From Cyanophora paradoxa CCMP329 (lineage: Eukaryota > Plantae > Glaucophyta), in assembly GCA_004431415.1 (NCBI GenBank), contig QPMI01000205.1:62001-126000 (forward strand): a stretch of 64,000 nucleotides of DNA, written 5' to 3'. The notes below the pieces were generated by a model. It did no database searches. It saw only the letters and a list, made by a program, of their open reading frames with translations, and was not told the DNA's origin. The position numbers were made by a program, and so were the translations under genes. Positions 24,701 to 37,451 of this stretch are shown in pieces; the stretch's first letter is position 1, and each line of letters begins with the position of its first letter.

Positions 24701-26153
24701 TCCATCAAGGGGACCGGGAGGACCTCGCCGCCGAGGCTCTTCACCTGCTCCATCGCCTCCGGCCGCGTGTCGAACGCCTTGACCACGGCCCCGAGCCTGC
24801 GCCCCGCACCCCTCGGCCCCCGCCCCCAGCACGGCGGCCGGCCCTGCCCACGCACTTGTTGGCGGTGCCGAGGGCGGCGAGACCGGCGACACCGGCGCCG
24901 ATGATCCTGCGCGGGGGTCAGCGGGGCCGCGCCGCGGCGGCCCGGGGCGGCGCGGGCGCACAGGAACTTGGCGGGGCCGATGCGGCCGGCCGACGTGATC
25001 TGGGGAGCCGGGAAGCGGCCCAGGGCGCCGCACGCCTGCGGAGGGCGCTCAGGCGCGTCGGCTTCGACGGCCGCGGGGGGGCCGGCGGACCTCGATGACG
25101 GCGCGGGTGCCGGAGATGTTGGCCGTGCTGCTGAGCGCGTCGAGCTCCTGGCCACGCGTGATGCGCGGCACGCAGTCCATCGCCAGCACGTTGACCTGCG
25201 CACGGCCTCACCGCCCGCCCGGGCGACCGCTCCCCTGCAACCGTTCACCTTCCGGGCGCCAAGGGCGTCGCGGACGTCCTGAAGAAAGGAAGGGGTGAGA
25301 AGGCGGCACGGAGCAGCGGACGTGCGCGGCCTGCGGAGACCTTGTTGATGGCAGGCCAGAGGAAGGAAATGAGAGTGCCGCCCGGCTGGAGCAGGTCGAC
25401 CTCGCTCTTCTTCAGCTTCTCGTTGAACTCCGGCATCCGGACCTGAGGAGGACCAGAATCATCGAGCTGCCGCCAAGAGGGGCGTTGGCAGGAAGCACCT
25501 TCGCGACGATGTCCGCCTTGAACACCTCCTCGGTCGACACGATCTGAAGCGTGCAGCAAAAGGTCAGCGACCATAGGGATGACGGGCGTCACTGCGCGCC
25601 CTTCCGCGCGCAGCGCGGGAGGGGCTGCGCGTATGCTTCCCACGAGTCTATGTAGCGCACTACTTGTGTTTATGACGCACCTTGGCCCCCGCCTTCTTGT
25701 ACTCCTCATCGGAGAACTTGGCGCCCGCGCCCGCGCCGGACTCGACCAGGACATCGACACCATACTTCTTCAGGATCGCGATGGACGAAGGTGTGGCGGC
25801 GATGCGCTTCTCGAACTCGCTGCGATAAGGCACATAACATGAACAAACTCAATATCGGGTCGCGATGGGGTTGAACATGGGGATCGGGCGCACTGAATCT
25901 CCTTCGGAATGCCACTGCACAACGCAAATGACGGACGGGCGGGCGTCGAAAGGCGCGGATGGGTCAAGTGGTCAGTTCGGGCCGGCGCGTGAGGGGAGGC
26001 GCGGGAAGACATTACGTCCGGAGCGCACATGGTCTTAATGGCCCGCGCAGAGTGATTCACGGCCGCGTCAGCGCCAAGGGTGGCGGACGCCGCCGCATCA
26101 GGGATGAGGGGCTCCTTCTCCGACGCGTCTCCCTTTTTGTCCTTCTTGCCCAT
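21749..26153 (-). CDS. NNT: Proton-translocating NAD(P)+ transhydrogenase, single-chain alpha-beta (dI-dII-dIII) fusion
   Basis: [15 protein letters not shown] (dI), [80 protein letters not shown]. Confidence 0.97.
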
Positions 26154-26595
26154 CCTAGCACGCCCGTGTGAGCGAAATCGCGAGATTCGTAGAAGGCGCG
26201 GTGGCGACCTTCTTCGCCCGCGAACTCTGCCTGCGAACGAAACCGGGGTACGCCGTACACGCGGCGTTAGCTGATCATATGCATGAGCTACCCAGCGCTA
26301 GCTGGTGCCTCCTTCGCTACCGCGGCCCCGGCCCCATCGTAGTTTGTAGGACACAGGGGGATCGCGCGCGTGGCCCCCTCCAGAGGGTCCGCCGCGGCGC
26401 ATCTTGCAATTGTCGCCTCGCAGGCGTGTTATTGCAATGCGATAGCTGTCGCATGCATATGCCGCAGTGCCGCGCCGCGCCGCAGTACTATTGTGCGCAT
26501 GCACGTACACGCGTACGGGCATCGGACCGGATCGAGAGTGCGGCGACGTGTATTATATTATGCGTGAATTTTGCTTTGATGTACACACAATCAGA

Positions 26596-27558
26596 TCACT
26601 TGCCGAAAAGCCCCTGCAGGAAGCCGAGGATGCCGCCGCTGCCCTCCTTCTGCCCGGTGACCTGCGCATCGGAGCTCGTTAGCTCAGCCACGAAGCGACG
26701 ATGCAATGCAATGAGCCGGCGAGGCCTCGCTTGCCTTGACGACGTGCCTGCACGGGCTGGGATTAGCCTGGCACTCGTTTCTCGTACGAAAGCGAGGACG
26801 CACCAGCCGAAGCGCGTCTGGACCTTGACGACCTTGTTGAGGTTCTCCGCCGAGAAGCAAACCTGTGCGCGGTCACTTGGTCTCAACTCGAACAGCGCAC
26901 GCTGCCGCCTTAGCCTTCGCGCACCTTGTCGAATTGGGGCACCATGGCGCCCGGGCCAAACCAACCGAGGTCTGCAAGAGAAAGGTTCTCGATTAATTGT
27001 GTGCTTACCGGCACAATTGCAGCCGGCGCCGCACCGCCGCCGCTGCGCCCGCTGGGACAGGTGGAGTATTGCTCCGCGAGGTCCTCGAAGTCGCCGCCAC
27101 CGTTGATCTGCGCTTGGCAGCTGAGCCCGCGTGCACAAATAAGCGTCACTGCATGCAGGATGAACCTTCTCAACCAGCTCATCGCACTGCCCCTCGTCCT
27201 TCACCAGGATGTGGGACGCACGGGCGCTCCCAATCTTCTTCTGCTTGATGCAACGCCCGCCAGCTTAGCGAAAGAGACTCGAAGATTGAATGTACGCAGA
27301 TAGACTAGATCGGTGCTAGACTACGCGCGCTCGCACCGGCGCCTCGCCGCTCGCCGTCGTCAAAGTGCGGTGGGCGAAGTGCGGCGATACGATCCCCGTG
27401 AACTCAAAGCGGACAAGCTGGGCCGGGCGGAAGGCCGTGCGGAGGACGGTCCGCGAGGTCGATGCCTGAACAGGCCGTGCCGCCGCTCGGCACACCGGAG
27501 CGGCGATCCGCAGGGAAGCCCGCGGGACGGCGATCGGAGCGACGGCGAAGCTAGTCAT
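26596..27558 (-). CDS. PpiC/parvulin-type peptidyl-prolyl isomerase with putative plastid transit peptide (6 exons)
   Basis: ARASHILVK...[37 protein letters not shown]...VQTRFGWHVVKV. The N-terminal extension of about 75 aa is rich in Ala/Arg/Ser/Thr and starts MTSF. Confidence 0.9.
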
Positions 27559-27829
27559 TTCTTCTTTTTTGCCTGGCAGGGTACAGGCTTCGGACGCGGC
27601 CCGAGTGCGCGGCAGTCAGTGCGCGGGCTTCGAACACTCTTGATTACAGGCTTCAGCGGAGCTCTGCCGACCATCTGCAGGTTACCGCGCCCTTGCCCCA
27701 ACCGCGCCCAAGTTCCCCTTGCGCGAACCAGTTAAGCAGCGTGGCGGCGGTCCGCGGCAGCCTTTCGCCACCGTAGCTTCTGCGAATCATATAGTACTTT
27801 ACGAACAGCCTGAACGCTGCCCATTGAGG

Positions 27830-29056
27830 ATGGCGGGCCAAGCGCCACGCCGACCAGTTCCGATCGAGGAATGCCCAATCCCTTTCGAAACAAACCTGGC
27901 GGAGGCAATACAGTGCATCGCGAAGGGAGGGACCGTCTCCTTCACCCCGGATCACGGGACCCAGACTCTGAGATCAAGTTCCTGTGTACGCAGCTCCGCC
28001 CCCGCGCCGCGCCCCTCGCTCACTGGGGCGGCGTGTCTAGGCACGACGTACATTACGAGCCAGCGAATCGTCTTCTGGCCGCGCTACCCTGACCAGGCGC
28101 CGAGCCGGGTCATCTCCATCTCGCTCGACCATGTGGAGGACGAGCAGTTGATAGCGCCGCTCATCGGCCCCGACAAGATCCGCTTTCTTGTGTGCGGCCC
28201 CGCGCCCGAGGACACCTGCGGCACCTACAAGCTCAAGTTTCGGTGCGCATGCGCATGCGCGGGGCGGCTGGCGCGCACAAGCGTGGAAGCGCGGAGGTGA
28301 CGTGGGCGGGGGCAGGAACGACATTACGAACGAGGTGCTGATCCAGTTCGTGAAGATGCTGTGCAAGCGGCGCTACGTGGTGGCGCCCTACGCCGGCCCC
28401 GTCGACCTCGAGGCCCTCGCCGTCGACGGCGCCAACCTCGAGGCCCGCCCCCGCGCCCCCCCCCGCCCGCTCGCGCCGCCGGCCCTCCTGACGCGCGCGG
28501 CGGCGCAGATCGCGGCGGCGGCGACGGCGATGGCGGCGCGCTTCGCGGGGCGCTCGCTCTCGGCCCTGGACCCCCTCGGCGGCCCGCGCGGCTCGGGCTC
28601 GCTGCTGACGCCCCCGCGGCTCTCGGCGGGGGCCTCGTCGAGCGGGTGCGCGACGCCGGAGCGGCGGGCGAGCTGCGCGTCGCCGTGCGGGAGGGCGGGG
28701 AGGGCGGCAAGCGGGCCTTCCTCGACGCGGCGACGGGGAGCATCTACCTCACCGACTTCGTCGCGGCGGCCGAGGAGGGCGGCCCCGCCCGCCAGGGCAC
28801 CTCGCGCCCGTACGACCTCGACGACCTGCGCCGCTCTGTCACCCTCCTCGGCATCCTCCAGGACCGCAAGGCCGCCGCCGCCGCCAAGCGCCGGCCCCGG
28901 CCCCGGCCCCGCCCCGCCCCGCTCCCCCACCTCCACCCCCGAGCCCCACCCCCGCCCCCCCGCGCTTCAGCGCGCAGGCCGCCGACCCCCCGCGCCTCGC
29001 CCCGCCCCACGCCCCCGGCGGCTTCTTCCCCTCCCTCGTCCGACCCCGCACGCTGA
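27830..29056 (+). CDS. Putative GRAM/PH-like (WBP2-type) domain protein; 3' end uncertain
   Basis: GTTYITSQRIVF...SISLDHVEDEQLIAPLIGPDKIRFLV...YKLKF resembles the WBP2/GRAM fold pattern. Apparent frameshift near 28620. Confidence 0.5.
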
Positions 29057-29415
29057 GCGTCTGACCCGGGGCCCGCCGGTCGCGCCATGCCTTTCGCTCC
29101 TCTTTCCGCAGTTAGGCCGCTAGGGCCCAGGGTTCGCTTAGTCTTAGGCTTCGTCTCGTTGGGTGGTGGGAGTCGACATTTCGGTATGCAGTCCGTCAGT
29201 AGCGATGGGGTAGGGGGTTCGGCTCACGGGGTGTACCTTTCTGTATCATTTCCTTTCTTTGAAGGACGGACAGTTCGATCGGTTCGCCAAGTTTTGTCGG
29301 CCGTAGTTCCAACGACTTCACCATCGGATTCATTTCTGATGCCATCATGTTTCAAATAGTTGTTGTAGTACGGTAATGGTGTTGGTTCTCGTTTCGGTAG
29401 AAGTAGTGGCGCAGC

Positions 29416-32400
29416 CTACGGGACAGCTGCAGCATTGGCCAGTGGCACTATTTCGCGGGGCTCTATGCTTCCAATCATTGAATGTACATCTTTGACCACC
29501 GCCGGCCGGGGGAGCAGGGCTAGCGCTAGCGGTCGCCGCGCTGCGGGGGCCCGAGGGGCCCGGGCGGGGCGCCGAAGGGCCGGAGGGGCGGGAAGCCGCG
29601 CGGGGCGCCGCGGGGTCGCGCGGGGGCGCGGGGCGGCGGCCTCCGGAGCGGGGGCGTTGAGGGTGAGGTAGAGAAAGGCGGCCCAGGCGAGGAAGAGGGC
29701 GAGTAGGGCCCCGCCCAGGAAGCGCGTCCCGTGCCGCTCCAGCCGACCCCGCACGTCCAGGCGCTCCCACAGCGAGGGCCCCGCCTCCTCCCGCCGCTTC
29801 TTCCGCTTCCGCTCCCGCTTGTCGCCCCCCGCCGCCGCCGCCGCCGCGGCCGCCTTGGCCTCCGCCGCCGCCTCCTCGGCCCGCCGCCGCTCCTCCTCCT
29901 TGCGCGCCCGCGCCGCCTCCGCCTCCGCCTTCGCCTTGGCGCACGCCTGCACGCCCGCCCGCCCGTCAGCCCCGCGCGGCCCGAGCCCCAGCGCGGCGGG
30001 GGGTCGCGCCTCGTCGCAGGCGAGCAGGGCGGGGGCGGCGGCGGAGGGCCTCCGGCGGGGTCGGCCGGCTGGGCCTCGGGGCGGCGGGCGAGCTCGGCCG
30101 CCACGTCGGCGCAGGGCCAGTCCTTGCGGCGCTTCTTGCAGGGCAGCGGACGGCCACGGGGCCACGCAGCGCGCCCCCGCCGCCGCGCACTCGCCCGAGT
30201 GGCAGCCCCGCTCGCAGACGTGCCCGCACGCCAGCTTCTTCCCGCACGGGTGCCCGCACGAGCGCATCGTCCTGCGCGCGCGCGTGGGGCGTGGGCGCGG
30301 GGCTCGGCGGCGGACGGAGCCGGGGCGAGCGCACTCGAGCTCCTCGGGGGTGGCCTCGCGGTGGCGGTGGCAGGGGACGCCCATCTTGCGCTTGCCGCAC
30401 CAGCACTTGAGCGGCACCGCCTGATCGCACCGCGGGCACTCCCCCTGCCCCGCCCTCGGCCCGGGGCAGCGCGGGGGCGGGGCGGGGCCGGGCCACGGAC
30501 CGGGTGGCACTGGAGGGGGCAGGGGTGCGGGCAGGGCCGCGGCTTCTCGCACGGGCGCTCGCAGAACTCGCACGACTCGTCCACGAACTCGTACTCCTCC
30601 GCCGCCCCGCCCTCCCCGCTCCCCGCCTCGCCCGCGCCGGCCGAGCCGGCGGGGGGCGCGGCGGCGCGCTGGGCCTCGATGCGGGCCTCGATGGCGGCGG
30701 CGAGGCCCTCGCAGCCGACCCCCTCGAAGTCCTCCGGGCTCCGCGGGATCGCCACGACGTGGCACGGCAGTTCGCAGCGGTGGTTCCCGCACGAGAGCAG
30801 GTTGTCGCACGTCCGCCCGCAGCTGCCCCCGCCGGTCAAGCAGGCACACGCGGGCACGGGGGGCGTGCGCTGGAGCGGCGCGGGGCGGGCGGACCGGAAC
30901 GGGGGCATGGAGCAGGGGATGGCGCGCGTCTCGTGCTCCCCGAGGCACTGCCGCACCATCGGCGCCGCGCACGGCGGGCACGGCTCCGGCGGCGGCCTCG
31001 CCTCCGGCGGCGGCGGCGGCTCCTGCGCGCCGGTGAGCTGAGCACCCGTGCGATTGCGCGAGGGGAAAGGGCGGACGGGGCCGCGGAGGGTCGGCTTGCG
31101 CTTGGGGGGAGCCCTGGGGTCGGGTGGCGGAGGCGGGGGCGGCTGGGGGTCGTGGCACATGGCCGGGCAGACGTGCTGGCAGCCCGGAAGCGGCTGCGCG
31201 CACTGCTGCTTGCAGGGCGGGCAGGGCCCGTAGTGGCACCAGTGCGGCTGCCGACGCCGGTCAGCTCGAGTAGTGCGGGGGAGGGAAGGACGGGGGACGA
31301 GGGGCGGACCTTGCGGTAGGGGTGTCGGCAGTACGGAGGGTTCTGGCAGTAGCGCTTGCAGCGCGGGATGGGCGTCACGCGCTCGCGCCCGCACGGCACT
31401 GCGGCGTCCTTCAGGCAGGGCGGAGGGGGGCAGGAAGTGGGGGCGGCGGACCGGTGACGGAGGCGGTGCCGCATGCGCACTCGATGGTGACTGTGCGGGG
31501 GCAGGGGAAGCACGGGCCGGCGTGGCACGTCGCCTGCCGCCCCGTCGCCCCCCGGCCAGCCCTCGGGGCGCGGCGCGCCGCGAGGGGCGCACCTCGCACT
31601 TGTGCGTCCCGCAGTTGAGCTTCCTCCCGCAGACCTGCGCGCGGGGCCTAAGAGGGCGAGGCGGGCGGGGCGGGGAGAAGTGGGGCGGGCCTCCTCGCAG
31701 ACGGCGTGCTCGCCGGTGCAGCAGCGGCGCCGGCAGGCGTGCCTCCCGCAGCTCCGGTCCGCCTGGCACTTCCGCTCGCAAGTCAGCTCCTGCACGGCGC
31801 TCGCACTCTCCGTGAGCTCGTGTGGCAAGGCCGGGGAGAGGCCTCGGCGACCTGCGAGCAGGGGAGCATCTTGACCTCGCCCCCGCAGCGGCACTTCTTG
31901 TTCACCTGCCGGCCCCTCGAGGGCGCCCCGCGGGCTGCGCGCCGGCGCCCCCTCGCGCACCATCTGCCGGCACGTCCCGCACGGGCCGTGGTGGCACTTG
32001 TTGCTGCACTTGTGTCGCCCGCACGCGAGGAACTTGTCGCAGCTGCAGGTCGCGGATCACGGACCGCGAAGGCCAGATTGCACGGGGCGAACGCACGTGT
32101 CCTTGCAGGCCGGCGTCGGCTGGCTGCAGGGCAAGCGGATCTCTACGGCAGCCAGGCCTCAGCGCGTCCCGCGAGCACCAGGCCGGCGATGGCGGGCCCT
32201 CGCGCACCGGTCTTGCCGCAGGGGCACTTGCGGGGCTGGGAGAGGGGGCACGGCGGGCACGCCCCCGCGTGGCAGACTTCGGCGCAGGAGTGGTGCCCGC
32301 AAGAGAGGGGCCGCCCACACGGCTCCCCGCACTGGAAGTCCCGCTCGCCGCAGGGCCTCTCCCCCTTGACGCGCCCGCACCGGCACCCCCGCTCCGAGGA

Positions 32401-33857
32401 GCGGCCGCAGGGCGCGCACTCCCCCTCGTGGCACTTGGCCAGGCACTGCGCGAAAGTCGGCCGCCGCTCGCCGGCGGGAGGCGGGCGGTGCGGGGCAGGA
32501 CCTTGTGGGCGCCGCAGTCGAGCTGGCGCAGGCAGGGCTTGCCGCAGGAGGGCCGCCCCTGCCCGCAGCGCGCCCTCTGCGCCTGCTTGCCGCACCAGCA
32601 CCGCACCTCCACCGAGATCGGGCCTGCCGCCGCGCTCGCGGGGCGCCCCGGAGGACGCGCGGGGGCGAGGGAGGGGGCGGGGCTCACAGGGCGGGCACGG
32701 GCCGGCGTGGCAGAGCAGCTTGCACTCGTGCCCGCACCCGAGGTCCTGGGGCGGGCTGTGAGGGGCGGGGCGGGGCGGGGGAGGGGGCGGGGCCGGGCGC
32801 ACGCGGGAGCAGGTCTGCCCGCAGGAGTGGGGGACGAGCCAGCGGTCGACGGGGGGATTGTCCACCTTCGCGGTGGGGGGGGCGTCAGACCTGCTGAGCC
32901 CGCGGCCTTCAACCCTGCGGCGGGGCCCCTCCCCGCAGGCACCTGCCCGCAGAAGCACGTGTACTTCGTCGGGACCTCCGCCCGCGTGTACTCCCAGCGG
33001 CAGTTGGGGCAGAGCCAGGGGGCCTTCTCGGCGGCGGCGGGGAAGGCGTCCGGAGAGAGGGGCGAGGCCTTCGCCGGGGCGCTGCGGCACCAGGCGGCGA
33101 TGCACGAGAGGTGCAGCAGCTGCGCACGCCCCGTCCGCCCCGCTCGCACCCCGCATGAGCGGCAGGGCGGCCGCCCCGCACCTTGTAGCAGTGCCTGCAC
33201 TCCCAAACTGCGCGCCGCGCGTCAGCCGGCGGCGGCAGGCCGCGCCGCGCGGCGAGCGCGGGTCGCACCAGGCGACTCCGTGCGGATGGTTTCGAGGCAG
33301 ATGAGGCAGGCGGTAGAGGATGCGGCGCTCTTCAGCTGCTCTTCGGTGCGCGACAGGCTCGCTTGAATCTCGTCCGAGGTGGCAGGGCCTTGAGAAGCCG
33401 GCAGCTTCATTGCTTGCAAGTACGAGGCAAAGGTCTTCTCCAAGAGCCGCTGCCGAGCCTCGTCGTCCTCCTGTCCCTCCTGCAGCTCCTCCTCGTCCTC
33501 CGCGTTTGCAAGAGCCCGTTCAAGCGCTTCCTGGTGCTTCTTTCGGGCCTCCTCGTACAAAGCCGCTTGGCGCAGGGCCTCTTCCTGCGCTCTGTCCACC
33601 GACCGCGGAGCGCTTGGAGCGTGATTCCACGGAGCCCCCCGACCGCGTCCATGCGCTGGCCGAGGCGCACCGCCGGCAGCTGCAGGCGGGGCGGCTACGA
33701 CGGCGGCTGATCGTCCCTGCGCCCATGATGACGCGGGAGCTGCTGCGGGGGGCGCGCCTCGACCCTGAGCGCTGGCGAGGGGCACCTCGGGTTCTCGCTG
33801 AACAACGATCTTGGGCCGCCACCCGCCGCCTCCACCGCGACCTCTCGCGGGGTGCAT
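29416..33857 (-). CDS. NFXL1: NF-X1-type zinc-finger protein with RING/PHD and C-terminal transmembrane helix (NFXL1-like)
   Basis: CLICLETIR..VWECRHCY..HLSCIAAW..WLCPNCR..YTCFCG, then many CGxHxCxxxCHxGxCPPC repeats, a coiled coil and the TM segment FLGGALLALFLAWAAFLYL. Exact stop uncertain. Confidence 0.9.
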
Positions 33858-34070
33858 GGCGCCGCGCGAGTCGGCTGGCCGCTGCGTTCGCGGCGAGACC
33901 GCTTGAACGGCGCGGCTGCTGCTGAAGCGGACTTACAGTGTACGCGTCAGCTAAGGCGGATCCGTTCTCAGCTTTCGAGCTTCCGCTCAGCGCGACTACC
34001 CGCGCGACGATGCGCGCTTTCGATGTACGCGACACGTACCCCCAGCTGGCAGGACCTGCGTACCCCGAAG

Positions 34071-35040
34071 ATGCTGCGCGCTCCCGTGGTTCTGGGCCTC
34101 CTGGCCCTCGCGGTCATCGCCGCGGCCGCGCCTACTGGCGATCCCGGATGGCTCGTCGTGCAGAAGAATGCCATCTCGAAGGAGGCGGTCATCGGTGCGG
34201 CCGCCGTCTCGTTCGCTATAAGCGTTCGCTTACTCACCAGCGTGCTATTCTTCAGGTCGCGAGTTCGTCCTGCAGGTCCGCCGTTGCCGGCCACAACTGT
34301 TTTTCGCGCCAGGTCGCCTCGCCGCTCATCGCCGCCCCTCCCCGCGCAGTACAATGTGTTCAACATTGGCAGCAGGTGCGCTTGTCCGAGCGCGCTCTTG
34401 CCGGGCCTGTGTGTTCGCTGACCTCCGCCCAGCACGGTTCTCGACGTTGGCATCAACGATGAGGAGGCCTGGCCCGCGGAGCAGTGGGAGTTGGTCAACG
34501 GCACCCTTTCCACCTCGTGGGAGAAGATTGCGCCGTGCGCTCGCGCTCCCAGCCGCCTCCCGTCTAAAATGGACGCCGCTCCCCGCTCGCGTTGCGCCCC
34601 GCTAACATTGCGGTCCCGGCAGCGGCGGCAATGTGTCGCACACCATTGCGCTCCGCGCTAAGGAGGCGGGCAAGCACAAGCCCACTCCGGCGCGCGTGAT
34701 CTACCGCCCGGCCCTGAAGGCTAAGGAGCAGGCGAGTATTCAGCGCGCGCTGGGCGCCGTCACTTCCGGTGCTGACACGCTCGCGCAGACCGGCTTCTCT
34801 TCGACCCTCCCGGCCTTCGACATCGAGACTGTCGCCGAGTTCGAGCGCCGCACCTCGCTCTTCCTGGTCCGCGCCGCCCGGGCGGCGCGCGTGCCGTCGG
34901 CCGCGTGCCGACTGACAAGTCGCGCAGTTCGAGTGGGGAGTGTTCCTCGTGATGGCGGGCGTCGCCCTCGCCGCGCCGGGCTCCGTCTACATGTACTGCC
35001 AGTCCTCGATCGACAAGCCCGCCAAGAAGAAGCGCACTTA
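34071..35040 (+). CDS. SSR2: Translocon-associated protein subunit beta (TRAP-beta)
   Basis: Signal peptide, YNVFNIGSSTVLDV, LVNGTLSTSWEKIAPGGNVSHTI, EWGVFL transmembrane segment and basic tail KKKRT*. Confidence 0.88.
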
Positions 35041-35363
35041 GATACGTAGGCACAGATAGGACATTTTTTGAGAGCCGTGTAGTTCGCAAACGTCCGCCGA
35101 GCGCTGGGAATGGCCGGGGCAGGGCCGGGGGAGCAGCGACTAGGGCCGTACGGGAGCCTCGGACGGCCAGCGGACGGAAATGTGCACGCACATAGATAGC
35201 GGCGAGCGGAACAAGCTTGAGCCGAGGAGCGGGGCCCGCGGGGTGTGAGGCAGTGATAGGTACCGCGCGGCGGGTACAGGATAGCCCAACTGCCACCAGC
35301 CACTGCAGCCGATTCTGAGCCGAAGCGAGGGGGCCGGAGTGGGAGGCGGCGGCGGCGACGCTC

Positions 35364-37451
35364 ATGGGTGGCTGCTGCTCTAAGAAGAGGTGACTATCCC
35401 CCCTGGCCGCCACCGGCTCCGAGTTGCCGACTCTCCCGAGTGCAGTCGCGTCTGCGGGGTGCCGGGATGCGGCGCCCCATACAACAGGAGTGTGCGCAAG
35501 CGTTGCAGATGCTTCGTGTGCCCTGCGTGCTTCGAGAAGAGTGCGCTCCGGCTCTCCTCCTAGCCGGGTCTTTGGGCCTGACGCGCCGTGCAGCTGGGCG
35601 GAAGTGTCCCGTTTGTACCGTACCTCAGGAGCCTGAGTCGGCGCTGACGGCAAGGGCTCTCGGCATCCGTCTCGCGGAAGACGGCAGCACAGCCGCCGAC
35701 GCCGTGCGGGGGCCCGCACCGTCCGCGCAGGCCCCGGCGCTGCAAGTCCGGGACATTAAGCTATCCGAGGCGGGCTCTCCGGCGCCGTCAGTGATCGGCG
35801 GCCAGCGGCCACGCAGCGCGGCGGGCAGCGTCGCCGGCTCAGCGGTGGGGAAGGCGGCGGCAGCGGCGGCGGCGGCGGCGGCGCCGCCATCGCCAGCCCC
35901 GCGGTTAACGGCCGCGCGCGACGCGGAGTCATGCAGTGCGGCCCGGCCGCGCCCGGAATGTCTCTCCACCGCGCTGACGAGAGTGCAGAGCACTGCGGGA
36001 CGCCCGTGCAGGTCGGCTGCAAGTGCAGCACCCTGTACTCGTATGAAGAGGAGCTTAACACAGGGCGCCTTCCCATCGCGAGGGTGGGCCCCCCGGCGGG
36101 CCCGCGCGGCGCGGCGCGGCGCCGGCTGAGGGTGGCGCAGAGAAAGGACGGGGAGGCGGAGGCGGAGGACGTGCCGACGCAGATCGTCGTCGTGGGCGGC
36201 GTGGAGGACGACAACATCAGCAGCAGCATGCAGGCGCGCCGCGTCCCCCCGGCGGCTGCCGGCGCCCCGCGGCTGACGGGGTCCGGCGGCAGGTGTGCGA
36301 CTGCCTGGCGCGGGGCCCCGCGTGGGGTTCCCTCGGCATCTGGTGCCCGCCGCCCGCCCGGCGCGCCTTGAAGCCGCGGGGCGCTGAGGCGCGCGCCAGG
36401 GACTTCGTGAACAAGCCGCTGGCGTGGACGCGCAAAGGCCACTGCGCCGTCGCCGTCGACGACACGCGCATCATCGTCCTCGGCGGCGTCGTGCGGCCCC
36501 GCGCTCTCCCGGGGCCGGCCCCGCCCCGGCGCCCTGACCCGGCGCGGCAGGGGGAGACGGAGGCGTACGGGACGCTGCAGGAGGTGCCGGTGATGCCGAT
36601 CGAGATGTTCGACGCGCAGCACGTCTCCAAGGGCTGGGTGGAGATCGCCCGCATGCCCGAGCCGCGCATCAATGCGACCGCCGTGTACATGGAGGGCCGC
36701 GTCTACATCGTGGGCGGCAAGTCGTGCGAGAACGGCGTCGCCCTGGCGTCCACGCTGGTCTTCGACGTGGAGGCGCGCAGCTTCCTGCCGAAGGAGACGG
36801 TGCCGGCGCTGGGCCAGGGGCGCGAGAACGCGTGCGGGGCGGTGCTCAACGGGCGCGTCCACGTCGCCGGGGGCGAGTCGGAGGGCATCTTCCTCGACTC
36901 CGTCGAGGCCCTCGTCCGCCCCGCCCCGCCCCGCCCCGCCCCCGGCGGCGTCGTCTGAGGGGGGCGGCAGGACCTGAGGACGCAGACGTGGCTGGACATG
37001 CCGCCGATGCTGGTGCCCCGCACGGAGGCGGCCTGCTGCGTGGTGAACAACGCGATGGTCGTGTGCGGCGGGCGGGCCGCCGAGGGCCTCACCAACAAGG
37101 TCGAGTTCCTCGAGGGCGGCGCCCGCCGCTGGCTCCTCCTCCACGCCAACATGCTCCTCGAGATCCGCCAGTCCGTCGCCCTCGCCGCCGCCGGCAAGAT
37201 CTGGGTCGTCGGTCCGCGCCCCCGCACCCCCGGCCCCCCCGCGGCCCCGGGGCTCACGCCGGGGCGGTGCAGGCGGCTTCGGGCCGACGGCGGCGGCGGG
37301 GCGGGGCGGGGGCAAGGGGGGCGCTGCGGCGCGGGTGCCGCGGCGGCTGCGGGAGGTGCAGGTGTACGACCCGTACGAGGGCCGCTGGGCGATGGCCACC
37401 CCTATGCACTCTCGCCGCTCCCTCTTCGCCGCCGCCGTCGTCCACGCCTAG
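35364..37451 (+). CDS. Kelch-repeat protein with MGGCC N-terminus
   Basis: Repeated Kelch units (MPEPRINATAVYMEGRVYIVGG, RENACGAVLNGRVHVAGG, MLVPRTEAACCVVNNAMVVCGG, QVYDPYEGRW). 5' exons are inferred. Confidence 0.8.
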
